Of a stretch of DNA of 64,000 nt, positions 11,001 to 19,985 are shown piece by piece. The stretch covers positions 608,001 through 672,000 of the forward strand of contig OZ240245.1 in the NCBI GenBank assembly GCA_965198175.1. The letters are read 5' to 3'. The notes below the pieces were generated by a model. That model worked only from the letters and a program-made list of their open reading frames with translations. It was not told where the DNA came from and did not search any database. Source of the DNA: Candidatus Poribacteria bacterium (GTDB lineage: Bacteria > Poribacteria > WGA-4E > PCPOR2b). How positions within the stretch are numbered: position 1 is the stretch's first letter; each line of letters opens with the position of its first letter. Both the position numbers and the translations under genes were made by a program.

Positions 11001-11394
11001 GCAGCAGGGCAACTCTCGCTTGTGGCAGTGGATCAATCCCACTGAACCCTATAAACTCCTGCACGGTTCGATGGGTTTTCAATTGATTGTCCTGCTCTGC
11101 CAAATGTAACAACGCAATCAATGCGTGGGTTTTACCGCCGCCGTAAGCGACTTGAACCCGAATGACAGGCTTTCCACCACGTCCCGATAACCGCTGAAAT
11201 ACATCTCGCACCAATGTTTTCAGGTTGTAGGTTGGGTAGGTACGGTCAAAAAATAGATCGGGCAATCGATAAACATTCGGTGCATCACCTGTTCGCACTC
11301 CGTACAGATCCGCCGCAAATTCTGCGAGTGTGAGTGTGCCTTGACGAACATCATCTCTCAATACACAATGTTCATGCCATGCGATGTTGTCCAT
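8032..11394 (-). CDS. DUF499-family AAA+ ATPase (BrxC/PglY-related)
   Basis: EFAADL, YGGGKTH Walker A, ILIDE Walker B, YPFHP, FQRTRGVLR; RBS GAGGAG. Confidence 0.85.
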   Translation of the reverse strand: MDNIAWHEHCVLRDDVRQGTLTLAEFAADLYGVRTGDAPNVYRLPDLFFDRTYPTYNLKTLVRDVFQRLSGRGGKPVIRVQVAYGGGKTHALIALLHLAEQDNQLKTHRTVQEFIGFSGIDPLPQARVALLPFDKFDVRAGLSVFSPEGTPRQVNTPWGALAYQLAGDEGLAKVAEHEAGYVTPAEPLLVELLKAPQAAGLSTLILIDETLLYMRSAVNDDPRRLGILQDFFQLLTQAVSRTEGTAIVASLITSDVVSGDSTGAQVLSAVESVFRRVEETVEPVSREDISELLRRRLFESIPPETTRRAIVDSLTGAMQRLPLRDSQKDRAAYDQLLESYPFHPDLLNVFYQKWTQLTKFQRTRGVLRTFATALRASDGKDPAPFVGPSALIGTEDELSDAVGELIEACEEGNQWTPILAGELQKAREIQRGFPLLKSREIEASVLSTFLHSQPLGQKADLTDLYPLLAHPDIDKMSVEDGLAEWREVSWFLKEDQSIWSLGITPNLTSMHARAMARLTEDRINDDLIQRIRNTRLGENTSDVVVHVLPDSSADISDNPDLHYVIVGPESPAVPGADVPPSLKPFFDRTYRNNIIMLAPDNARLAGLRQRIRKILGWAGIESGDEVNLLSEPQKALLLQRKRDDEAGIADSIKLTYSVLIAIDEAGKIIGHLLPPGPASPFERIKTFLVEAERLLTTSLDPDLLTPDSFFELWGADETSKPVQGLYRMFASLPRLPRLLGRKVFDETLQRGITAGRIVLRDVRSDGSQRTFWRQSPSAEDLAKRDLEIVPVEHAELHNLRPELLRPGELPELWQSDNIPITVGGIREFFERDDVPKLASDAILLGAVKSAIEAGLLMGRSRGNAYYKEGVPDSEIHDDLELLAPPEPIRGSEISQHTLSEAWDGNTSSVGKVMVALAKRRGGPIPWTLIVDVVNDGLDKKLFEIADSSRAWPCDADNADKIGLKVSEAPMILDAAEIVAVMQNPPDSSGYVTLGWIKDTLESKKGVPISDGVFRYAVEQALKNKLIIADGPSVNDFYQMPVRLPLWVGHAESRLTETQIQDFANTISDLSEIAPELEFEFRLVVTAEGETPSRKVLEKINDALRTVTDKLKFHVESKSES

Positions 11395-11427
11395 GGACTA
11401 TCTCCTCTTCCAAGTCTGTAAGTGACA

Positions 11428-11496
11428 AGGGCAACCACAAGAGTTGCCCCTACAGAGAATAAACCCAATGTAAGGGTAGGTCTTGTACCTACCCTT
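11428..11496. repeat. Pair of REP-like hairpins
   Basis: AGGGCAAC-CACAAGA-GTTGCCCCTAC and AAGGGTAGGT-CTTGT-ACCTACCCTT. Confidence 0.7.
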
Positions 11497-11503
11497 CTAG
11501 CTT

Positions 11504-11791
11504 TCATAGGTTTATCATTTCATTTAAGATGGCGGTGCGAAGTTCTGCCCGGAGTGTACGGCGGGACACCAAATCAACCTTACACCCCAACTTCTCCTCC
11601 AAAAATTGTTGGAGACCGACAAGATCAAACACGTTGGCGCCCTCATCGAAATCCACCAAGAGATCAAGATCGCTGTCGGCGTGGAAATCGCCGCGTGCAT
11701 ACGAACCAAAGATGCCTTTTATTTCAGCTCTGTATCTCCGACGAATTTCATCCGTCTCTGCTGCAATTGTGCTTTGTATCTCTGCAATCAT
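11504..11791 (-). CDS. Minimal nucleotidyltransferase (MNT/MntA-type antitoxin)
   Basis: IFGSYARG...DSDLDLLV, KVDLV. ATG overlaps the TGA of the methyltransferase. Confidence 0.85.
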   Translation of the reverse strand: MIAEIQSTIAAETDEIRRRYRAEIKGIFGSYARGDFHADSDLDLLVDFDEGANVFDLVGLQQFLEEKLGCKVDLVSRRTLRAELRTAILNEMINL

Positions 11792-14682
11792 GGGGTAATC
11801 TCTCGAATGGTGAGTTGACCTTCGGTGTCCTCTGCCGATAGATTTGGGGTGTAATTGATGATTGTCTCCAAAAGCGATCTCTCATCGGAATTCTGTGGAC
11901 TCATTTCGACGAGGGCTTGAACGACAGACTTAAAGAGGTCATTATCTCGTAAACCTTGCTCGGTGAGATAACTGCTAATCAGCGCTTTGTCGCCAGCCTT
12001 CCAGAGATTCATAATTTTATGGAGCATGTCAATCACCGGCAATGCTCCAGAGGGGTGAGTCTGTCCCACTCGATCGGAACGCCGATCGGTATGTTCCAAC
12101 AGGCGGAGTGCACTGCCCGATGAGGCTTTTTTCAAAATGCCGATTCCGGGTGCCGTCAAATCGCCAAGTGACAGTCCATACCCCTGCGCCAGTAGAATGC
12201 ACTCTCCCACCGGTGCGTCCCCCGTACCGAAGTGATTCATGTGCATTAGATAGTAGCGTGTCCATTCGTCCAAAGCTTCCGTGCTCGCGCCGCGCAAAAT
12301 CTGCCCCAATGCAAAGTCCGTCACAATTCGCCGTACCTCTGTGAGAAACTCTGCTACCGTAAACGCTCCACCGTCCATGCGTCGCACCTCCTTGTAGCTG
12401 GAATAGCTTTCCAACGCAGGGCCAATCGCCGCCCAAACGAAGTCAGGACCTTGAATTCCGGCATCCCAGAAATACCGCAGGCGTTCGGTAATGCGTTCCT
12501 GCATTTTTTCTTTGACTTTGCTGTAATGCCCCACTCTGGCGTTTGCTGGGCGTTTGCGACAGATTAACCAGAGTGATGTGGCAAGCGCCGCAGAATTTAC
12601 TGCGCGAACCCGGTTTGTTTTTTCTGTATCAATTGGCCATGATGCGGTTACAGTAAAGCCCGCCCCAATGATTGCTTCCAGCAGCGTTTCCCATGCCGCC
12701 GGTTCTTTGTGAGCAAAAACGATAACGAAAAGCGCATCATCTGACAGGGCGTGATGTGCCCGCTCAAACGCCTTTTTCATACCCTGTGTGTAATATGTCC
12801 TCGCCTCCTCCTTAGACCCGCCGAACCGGGAAGTATTCTGAATTAATTCTCCCTTCTTTGGTACAACTGAATCTGGAGTTTGAGCATCAAGAGTTTCTGG
12901 GATAAATCCATTTCTTTTGTTCCAGACAAAGAAGAAATCAGAAGTATCTGCATAAGGAATGGCATCGTAGTATGGTGGATCTGTTACAATTAGCTCCAAA
13001 TTATGCGGAAGCCGAACTTCAAGAACATCCGCACAGTTTATATCGGGCAAAGGATCGCCGAAGTGAGGCCAATGAAATAAGCGCGACAATACGCGGCTTT
13101 GCATGGTTCTATGGCTTTGATAGGAACTGACTGCTTCCCCAATGACATTTGCCTCAACATAATCCCAAACGATTGGTATTCTAGCAGCGTCAAACAAATG
13201 GTTAATTGCTTCATCATTATCCTGCCATCTTGCACAGGTACAGTTATAATCTGCGACTTTGTTGATTAGAAGTGCGAGGTATGCCGATACGGCTTCGATC
13301 CACTCTGAAGGATAATTAGATTCCTCCATCTCTACCCTAGCTGCTCGCGTCCACTTTACAAATGTCATCAACGCCAACAATTGCCGGGGCGTAAGCAAAT
13401 CTGACCATTTCTTAAAACCGTAGAGTGGTACACTGAATCCGAGTGTTTTGGGGCCGGGCATTGGTTCATCAGGCATCCCGAGCGGAATTTCATCGGCAAT
13501 TGCCTCCAACGTTTCTTTTGAGATCTCTGCTCCGTCGATCTCCGCTTGAGTGGGTGGGCGATACTCCTTCCCATATTCCTCTTGATAAACAACTGCTGTC
13601 ATCTGTGACTTGAGTTTATTCTCATGTCCGCACCGCTTGATGTAGTCATCCGGTTGTTGCGAGCCGCAAAACGGACAGGTCGCTGTCGCGTTGGACATTG
13701 TGGGATTCCCAACATCGTCGGCGTCTTTCGGGGTGACAATCTCGAAGCAAATACGCTTCGTCTGAAAATCGGGTTTGAGTTGAAGCGCACGCTTTCCGTT
13801 AATCACGGCTTTAGTCCGATTTTTTGTTTTTTTGAATCGGAGAAAGTCAGGTCGCTTTCGATTTTCGGGGGTGTCCGGAAGGGTTTTCTCCGCCTTCCTA
13901 CAGATCCAAAGTGTCTTGAGCAATGGAACCGTCCCGCTACACTTTGGATCTTGGCACGGAATCGTTCGAGCCCAGAGGTAGGCGACCGTTGGTTTTTCAT
14001 CAATCACTGGGTAATAAGGTGCAAGGTTCTTACGGGCGTTCTCCAAAACCCACTGCCCCCACAAGCGAACATGGTCAGCAAGGTCCCCATTTTTCAAGTC
14101 GGGGTGCCGATCAAGATTGAGGTCGGGAAGCCTATAGGTTTTTCCGGCAAGCCACTGCGGGTATTCTAGGGTGCATTTAAGAATAAACCACGCCACCGGA
14201 TTGTAGTCATTTGCTATCACGTCGCATCCGAGACGCATTGCCTCAAGCGGAATCGCGCCACCTCCCGCAAACATATCCATCACCTTCGGGGGGCGTTCAT
14301 TGTATGCCATCCAGATGAGTTCTCTGGCGATTCGTAGTTTGTTGAGCCAGCGCCCTTTCTGATCCTTATCGTCCCAATCAGCCTGCCCATTTTCATCGCC
14401 CCACCGTGTCAATGAAGAAATCAGCTTACAAAGATAATCACGCTGTTTGTCAGGCAACGGCGACCCGGAAAGCCGTGTGTATTCTGTCTTCATTGGTTCA
14501 TAGGCATCAACGGGATCGGGGAGGAGTGTCGCTAGAGTTACCGCTCTACAAACAGCCAAGGGACGTCTCGCAGGCCAATAATGCAAGCTATTCGGTTTTC
14601 CCTGACTAACCCTCTGTTCATGCTTTGAGTCCGCAGAAACCTTTTTCAGCGGAAAGGCTTCCTCGATGAGTCTACGTGGCAT
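11788..14682 (-). CDS. DUF1156-family adenine-specific DNA methyltransferase with Zn-ribbon insert
   Basis: LHYWPARRPL (DUF1156), DMFAGGGAIP (SAM binding), TDPPYY (amino-MTase catalytic motif), Cys pairs CQDPKC and CPFC. Confidence 0.9.
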   Translation of the reverse strand: MPRRLIEEAFPLKKVSADSKHEQRVSQGKPNSLHYWPARRPLAVCRAVTLATLLPDPVDAYEPMKTEYTRLSGSPLPDKQRDYLCKLISSLTRWGDENGQADWDDKDQKGRWLNKLRIARELIWMAYNERPPKVMDMFAGGGAIPLEAMRLGCDVIANDYNPVAWFILKCTLEYPQWLAGKTYRLPDLNLDRHPDLKNGDLADHVRLWGQWVLENARKNLAPYYPVIDEKPTVAYLWARTIPCQDPKCSGTVPLLKTLWICRKAEKTLPDTPENRKRPDFLRFKKTKNRTKAVINGKRALQLKPDFQTKRICFEIVTPKDADDVGNPTMSNATATCPFCGSQQPDDYIKRCGHENKLKSQMTAVVYQEEYGKEYRPPTQAEIDGAEISKETLEAIADEIPLGMPDEPMPGPKTLGFSVPLYGFKKWSDLLTPRQLLALMTFVKWTRAARVEMEESNYPSEWIEAVSAYLALLINKVADYNCTCARWQDNDEAINHLFDAARIPIVWDYVEANVIGEAVSSYQSHRTMQSRVLSRLFHWPHFGDPLPDINCADVLEVRLPHNLELIVTDPPYYDAIPYADTSDFFFVWNKRNGFIPETLDAQTPDSVVPKKGELIQNTSRFGGSKEEARTYYTQGMKKAFERAHHALSDDALFVIVFAHKEPAAWETLLEAIIGAGFTVTASWPIDTEKTNRVRAVNSAALATSLWLICRKRPANARVGHYSKVKEKMQERITERLRYFWDAGIQGPDFVWAAIGPALESYSSYKEVRRMDGGAFTVAEFLTEVRRIVTDFALGQILRGASTEALDEWTRYYLMHMNHFGTGDAPVGECILLAQGYGLSLGDLTAPGIGILKKASSGSALRLLEHTDRRSDRVGQTHPSGALPVIDMLHKIMNLWKAGDKALISSYLTEQGLRDNDLFKSVVQALVEMSPQNSDERSLLETIINYTPNLSAEDTEGQLTIREITP

Positions 14683-14726
14683 AGTGGGATTCCTTGTCAG
14701 TCTGAATATGAACCGCTACTCGGACT

Positions 14727-15803
14727 TCAACAATATTTATTGATGTCCCATTTTTCGTCATTCTTGTAGGCTTGGTGGATTTTTTCTATTGTGAGGTGGT
14801 GAATTTCAAAAAGCTTTACAATAATCTCTACCCAATTCTCCTGATAGACATAATTCATATTGACTGAATCGTAATGACAATATTTAGTATTGGTATTCTC
14901 CGGGTTTGGATCTTTCCCAGGCGGTCTAACTGAGAACACGGTATAAAGGCATCTATGATGGTGTAGGTTGAAATCAAGCCGGGTTGCTTCTTTTACTTTT
15001 TCTACGACCTTGCCGGGAAGGAATTTGCCAGCATTCTTTGCTTCTACCAATACTTTCTTGTCTTTAATAATACCCGTGATTTGCGAATGCATCACTGGAT
15101 CGAGTTCATCCAATCGAACAAATTCGACACTCAGATCGCCTCGTTTCGTGTTGGAGATTTTCGGAGTGGGAATTAGCTTAATCCAATATTCGCGAGAATT
15201 CAAGACCTCTTGACTAAGATTAGATCGATAATCTTCGATGTAATTCTGGATTTCTCCCATTTCCGCAGACAATACGTTTTTGCTCGCCTGTTCTTGTTCT
15301 CTCGTGCGCATATGTGAAAATTGTAGTGAAAAAGCCAGACTCTCGTTAATTGCGTATTCACTACCAAACAAGCCGATCAAAAGATTTTCGTAATTGAATA
15401 GAAAAGCTTGACATTCTTCAAAGATTGAAGTATCCACCTCTCTTTCTGCTACGTTGTGGTGTTCTATTTTGTTTCTTAGCCCGATGAAAAACTGGAGGTT
15501 AGCCTTGACTGCCTCGCTAAGGCTTCCGTATCTTTCGTATTTATTGATGCAGGTTTTGAGGTCCCATGCCTTTTGTTGTCCATCAATATATTGATAACGC
15601 CCTCTTTCCTTGTAATAATACCTATTGCCTATTGTTTTATTGAAGTACGCATGGAATAGCCTTGTCCAAGCGATAATCATCAATACGATGTAGGCTTGGC
15701 TGCGAAACGTTGTACGAGGCTTGTTGTAGACCTCAACAGCTAACAGTGCGGCCTCAATAGAGCCTTCAAGTAAGATTTTGGTTTTTCCACGCCTCAATTT
15801 CAT
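14727..15803 (-). CDS. DUF3644 domain protein (HEPN-like, RxxxxH motif)
   Basis: AALLAVEVYNKP, IIAW, LRNKIEH. Visibly more AT-rich than its neighbours. Start MKLRRG chosen. Confidence 0.75.
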   Translation of the reverse strand: MKLRRGKTKILLEGSIEAALLAVEVYNKPRTTFRSQAYIVLMIIAWTRLFHAYFNKTIGNRYYYKERGRYQYIDGQQKAWDLKTCINKYERYGSLSEAVKANLQFFIGLRNKIEHHNVAEREVDTSIFEECQAFLFNYENLLIGLFGSEYAINESLAFSLQFSHMRTREQEQASKNVLSAEMGEIQNYIEDYRSNLSQEVLNSREYWIKLIPTPKISNTKRGDLSVEFVRLDELDPVMHSQITGIIKDKKVLVEAKNAGKFLPGKVVEKVKEATRLDFNLHHHRCLYTVFSVRPPGKDPNPENTNTKYCHYDSVNMNYVYQENWVEIIVKLFEIHHLTIEKIHQAYKNDEKWDINKYC

Positions 15804-15888
15804 GTTGGTTCGCACAGTTGACGTTTTGAATTTGGAGCCAATCACCGTTCCCTAGATTACATATGAGAAAACGAAGAAAGCGTAATTC

Positions 15889-18800
15889 TTACAACTCTTG
15901 ATTGCTGATGATGTCGCTCGCGCAGACAATCACACTCTCCTCAGGTTTGCCAATTTCTTTTGCGTAGGGATTTTGGCAACGGTACAACTTCGGACTGCCT
16001 GACTCACAGTGATAGACCGTGTAGAGCCAGTAGCGATTCTGATGGTTTTCGGCTTGGCGCCATTCATTCCTCGTCAATTTGACATTCCCCATCCCAGTCC
16101 GCCCTTTGACCTCAATATAACGAATTTCGCCATCTGGACGCTTGGATTCCAAATCGAATCCTTTCTTGAGGCTTGGATTAGACACATCATCCACCTCGGC
16201 GCCGTGCTCATGTTCATATTCGATTACAGTTTGGAGCGCGATTGCCTCAGCGTCATGTGTTGACTGGATTGTGGTCTCGTCTAGTGCAGGCGGTACGACA
16301 AGGGCACGTAGATAGATGATTACCGAACCCAATTGCGTGTTTTCAATTTCCTCAATCAGACTAGCTTCAAGCGCGGCGCGTTTTGTAGTAAGTTGGGCAA
16401 GTTCCTGTTCGCAATTGTTCAGTTTCGTTTGAGCCGCAGGAATGGCTCGGGCGACGGCGTCTTTGAGTTTAACCCGCTGATTGAGAAGCTCTGACAGTCT
16501 TAATTTATTTGAGATTTGGATCTGTTTTTTCTTGTGCTCCAACTGCGACTGAAGACGTTCGCGGATGCCAGAAAGCTTAGGATTACCTAGTTTTTCTGCG
16601 ACGAAGGTTTTAACGGGTTGCACAACTTCGGCAAGGTCAACCCATTCGCGGGAGATTGGTGAGTCGTCATCCGTTTGCGGTGTTAACGTTAACAATAGAT
16701 GGGCAGGCGTAGACTCACAACTTCCATCCGAAAACCGTTTAACGCCGGCAAGCACTTCGTCGAGGACGCGAGGTTCATGATCGCCGTGTCGCAGCACCGG
16801 CACTCCTACTAAATAAAATAGATACGGTTTGTCTGTCTGGGGATCGGTGTACACCGCCCCGCGATATCCTTCATCGTCAAATTCTCCCAAGAAGAGGGAC
16901 AAAACCGACTCAAAGATTGGTTCGCCGGGGTGGAGGTAAATCGCCTGCGGCTGATTGGATTCAGTGGGCAGCGCAAGCGCTTTCGAGAAGGTCAATCGGT
17001 CTCGCAGTTGCGTGGGATATTTCTCAATGGCAATTTGCACCGATGGCGGGCAATACGATAGTTTGAAAATATCCTTTACATCACCATCAATCTCGTATCC
17101 GACCAACGGGGCGGCGTCTTGAAAGAACCCTCGCACATAAGCCGGCATCATACGCAACGTTTCGGCGGATTCTCTGCGCTTCTGAACTCCAGCGAGTAGG
17201 CGTCTGACCTCGCTACTCGTGACCAATTTCTGCTGAGTTTTGAGTTGATTCTTGATGTTTTCAGAAGTGAATTGCGCATTGATGATTTGAATCACGGCAT
17301 CGGCTTGATTCCCCGTGATGGCTTGCTCAATTAGCTTGGGCAAAGAGATTTCACTGAGTTGTTGACCGACGACATCGAAGACCTTGTCGTCGTTTAATTC
17401 CTGGCGCATCCGTTCCAATTTCTCTAGCAGGACTTTCAACACACGTCCCTCACGTGTGTCTTGGGCAACGAGATTTAAAAGAACTACCGTGTGCCGCTGC
17501 TTGTAGCGGTGGATGCGTCCCATCCGCTGTTCAAGCCGCGCCGGGTTCCACGGAATATCGTAGTTGACCATTAGCCAACAAAATTGAAGATTAATTCCTT
17601 CCCCGGCTGCATCGGTTGCGACAAGATATTGCGCCCCGTTCGGGTCGCGAAAGGACTCAACTTGCTTTTCGCGTTCCTCATATTTCATACCGCCGTGAAT
17701 TTGGGCGACCCTTCCGGTAAAACCTAGAGCTTCCAGGCGTCCGATGACAAAGACCAGCGTGTCCCGGTGCTCGGTGAAAATAATAACCTTTTCGTCTGGA
17801 TATGCTTCTAATGCGTCCCACAGTTTCTGAAACTTACTTTCAGTCTTCAGGTCGTAAACCTTCCTCGCCAAATTCGTGAGCGATTGAACACGGACGATTT
17901 CCTCTTCTAAATCCTCGATTGATCTAGCACTCGTTGCCTCAGCAAGTTCATCATCAATCTGTTCAGCTTCCTCATGACCATCAATGATTTCCTCCTCATC
18001 ACCGGTTTTGTCCTCTCTGACGTCAGTTGTTGGGATTTTAGCTTGCCTTTCGTCTAGCGATTCCAACGACAATCGCGCCTCGCGGAGGTCGCGTAGGGTG
18101 GTTTGAAGTTTTCCCTCACGTCTGATAAGGCTCTGCCACAGTGCGTAAGTTGAACTGGCAAGCCGCCGCTGAAGCACCATCATCGCCATCTTTGCCGCCG
18201 ACCGGTTGTATTGTCCGGCGAGATCAAAGTAATTTTCACAATAGTCGGTAACTTCATCGTACAGCGACTGTTCGCTGGTTTCGCCGCGTTTCAGGGGATA
18301 GGCAATCGTTCGACTCATCCGAGGCGGGTAAATGAGTTTTTCGTCAAAAGTAATCATCTCCTCCTTCATGCGGCGGAGTAGATGTTTCGCCCTCTCTCCG
18401 TCGCCCAACCGATGAAACGCCTTTTGTGCTGCGAGTTGGTCCGGCAATAGCAGCCGCCAAAGAAAGTAGTAGGCGTCGTTTTTCCCCATGTGGGGTGTTG
18501 CCGTAAGTAGTAAGAGACTATTTCCGAGCGCAGCAACCCGTTCGGCAAGTTCATATCGCTTTGATTTATCAACCGTACCGTCACTCTCGAATCGTGCCGA
18601 CAACTTGTGGGCTTCATCGAAGACAATCAACTCGTAAGGCGGCGCTTCAAAGAGGCATTCCTGCATACGCTCTTGTCTCAACGTGTCGAGGCTCACGATG
18701 GCTAGGTTGTTCTCTGAGTTGAGAAAAGGGTTGGCGTCTGCGCAATCGGTGCTTGATAGAATGCGAAAACTGAGACGGAAAAAGACACGCAATTCACGCT

Positions 18801-19308
18801 TCCAGTTCCCAATCAACCCCGCGGGCGGCACAATCAGCACCCGTTCCACCTGCCGGCGCAGTAACAGTTCTTGGATGTAAAGCCCCGTCATAATAGTTTT
18901 CCCGGCGCCAGCATCGTCAGCCAACAGGAAACGCAACGGGATATGTTTTAGCAGATGGTCGTACACCGCGATGAATTGGTGCGGCAGCGGATCAATGAGC
19001 GATGTTTCTGTGGCAAAGATAGGATTGAACAGGTAGGCGTGTCGGAGGCGATGGGCTTCAGCAACAAGTCTTACCGTGTTCGGATCAGCCCGAAATACAC
19101 CAGATACAACCTCGAAACGCGATTGTAGCTCCGCGATGGAATAGGTAAACGGTTCATCCTCGGTCTGAAAGTAGAGTCGGACAAACGAATCGTGCCGGTC
19201 AACTCGACGAATTACTTTCTCGTTTTTTTGATGCCTATCAATTAGACATACGCCGGGTTGGAGAACGTCGAGATCGATTGTCTGTGTTTCAATCGGTACG
19301 GGATTCAT
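15889..19308 (-). CDS. SNF2-family helicase with C-terminal DUF3883 (PD-(D/E)xK) nuclease
   Basis: LADDAGAGKT, DEAH, LTATPH, EGINLQ, EQRMGRIHR; C-terminal GFDLES...YIEVKG...NRYWLY. Confidence 0.9.
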   Translation of the reverse strand: MNPVPIETQTIDLDVLQPGVCLIDRHQKNEKVIRRVDRHDSFVRLYFQTEDEPFTYSIAELQSRFEVVSGVFRADPNTVRLVAEAHRLRHAYLFNPIFATETSLIDPLPHQFIAVYDHLLKHIPLRFLLADDAGAGKTIMTGLYIQELLLRRQVERVLIVPPAGLIGNWKRELRVFFRLSFRILSSTDCADANPFLNSENNLAIVSLDTLRQERMQECLFEAPPYELIVFDEAHKLSARFESDGTVDKSKRYELAERVAALGNSLLLLTATPHMGKNDAYYFLWRLLLPDQLAAQKAFHRLGDGERAKHLLRRMKEEMITFDEKLIYPPRMSRTIAYPLKRGETSEQSLYDEVTDYCENYFDLAGQYNRSAAKMAMMVLQRRLASSTYALWQSLIRREGKLQTTLRDLREARLSLESLDERQAKIPTTDVREDKTGDEEEIIDGHEEAEQIDDELAEATSARSIEDLEEEIVRVQSLTNLARKVYDLKTESKFQKLWDALEAYPDEKVIIFTEHRDTLVFVIGRLEALGFTGRVAQIHGGMKYEEREKQVESFRDPNGAQYLVATDAAGEGINLQFCWLMVNYDIPWNPARLEQRMGRIHRYKQRHTVVLLNLVAQDTREGRVLKVLLEKLERMRQELNDDKVFDVVGQQLSEISLPKLIEQAITGNQADAVIQIINAQFTSENIKNQLKTQQKLVTSSEVRRLLAGVQKRRESAETLRMMPAYVRGFFQDAAPLVGYEIDGDVKDIFKLSYCPPSVQIAIEKYPTQLRDRLTFSKALALPTESNQPQAIYLHPGEPIFESVLSLFLGEFDDEGYRGAVYTDPQTDKPYLFYLVGVPVLRHGDHEPRVLDEVLAGVKRFSDGSCESTPAHLLLTLTPQTDDDSPISREWVDLAEVVQPVKTFVAEKLGNPKLSGIRERLQSQLEHKKKQIQISNKLRLSELLNQRVKLKDAVARAIPAAQTKLNNCEQELAQLTTKRAALEASLIEEIENTQLGSVIIYLRALVVPPALDETTIQSTHDAEAIALQTVIEYEHEHGAEVDDVSNPSLKKGFDLESKRPDGEIRYIEVKGRTGMGNVKLTRNEWRQAENHQNRYWLYTVYHCESGSPKLYRCQNPYAKEIGKPEESVIVCASDIISNQEL

Positions 19309-19373
19309 TGTTGTTTTCCGCGTAGATATAAAAGATTACGCCCATTCTAACACATAGGATTCGGCTCTGTTCA

Positions 19374-19985
19374 TTACCGGTTAGCAAATGTTTTTCGCAA
19401 TTCGTCGAGGAGGTAAACGATGCCTCGGTAGCACTTGTCGAACGAATCCGCGTGACGCGCACGGTCGAGGTCAAAGCGTGCTGTGAGCGCGGGTTGATCG
19501 AGTGTTTCACGATACGTTTCGCCGCTCTCCATCCGCTGTTTCAACCACCCCTTTGCAGCACGGATTGCCTCCGGATTGTCCGGGGATTGGAGATCGCTTT
19601 TTAACCCCCTTTGTCCCTGGAGCGACTCGGCTGCTGCAAGAAACCACGACTCGAATTCGTGTTTTGCCAAGACGACGGCAATTGGCAGATCGCTGCGAAC
19701 TTGTAGCGCGCGGCAAAGCAGTTCTGGTCCGAGTTGCGCGGGGCAGTCATCGTCGCTGTCTAGGATAATAAAAATACCACCTTGGCTCGTGATATTCCGA
19801 GCTGCTAATTCGACCCCTCGTTCAAGTTCACCCTCCTTAACAACTTTATTCTTGGGAATGCGGATGGGGCGCAGCGTGTCAATTAGCAGTTCTGGATAAA
19901 GACTTGCAGCGATTCGTCTAATCAGTATTGGGACAGCCTCCACCTCGCTATGTCCCTCGACAATGCAACCAATTTGGACTGTCAT
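19374..19985 (-). CDS. DUF4276 family protein (TOPRIM-like)
   Basis: IVEGHSE, LDSDDDCP, EFESWFLA. Overlaps the ATPase stop (ATGA). Confidence 0.75.
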   Translation of the reverse strand: MTVQIGCIVEGHSEVEAVPILIRRIAASLYPELLIDTLRPIRIPKNKVVKEGELERGVELAARNITSQGGIFIILDSDDDCPAQLGPELLCRALQVRSDLPIAVVLAKHEFESWFLAAAESLQGQRGLKSDLQSPDNPEAIRAAKGWLKQRMESGETYRETLDQPALTARFDLDRARHADSFDKCYRGIVYLLDELRKTFANR

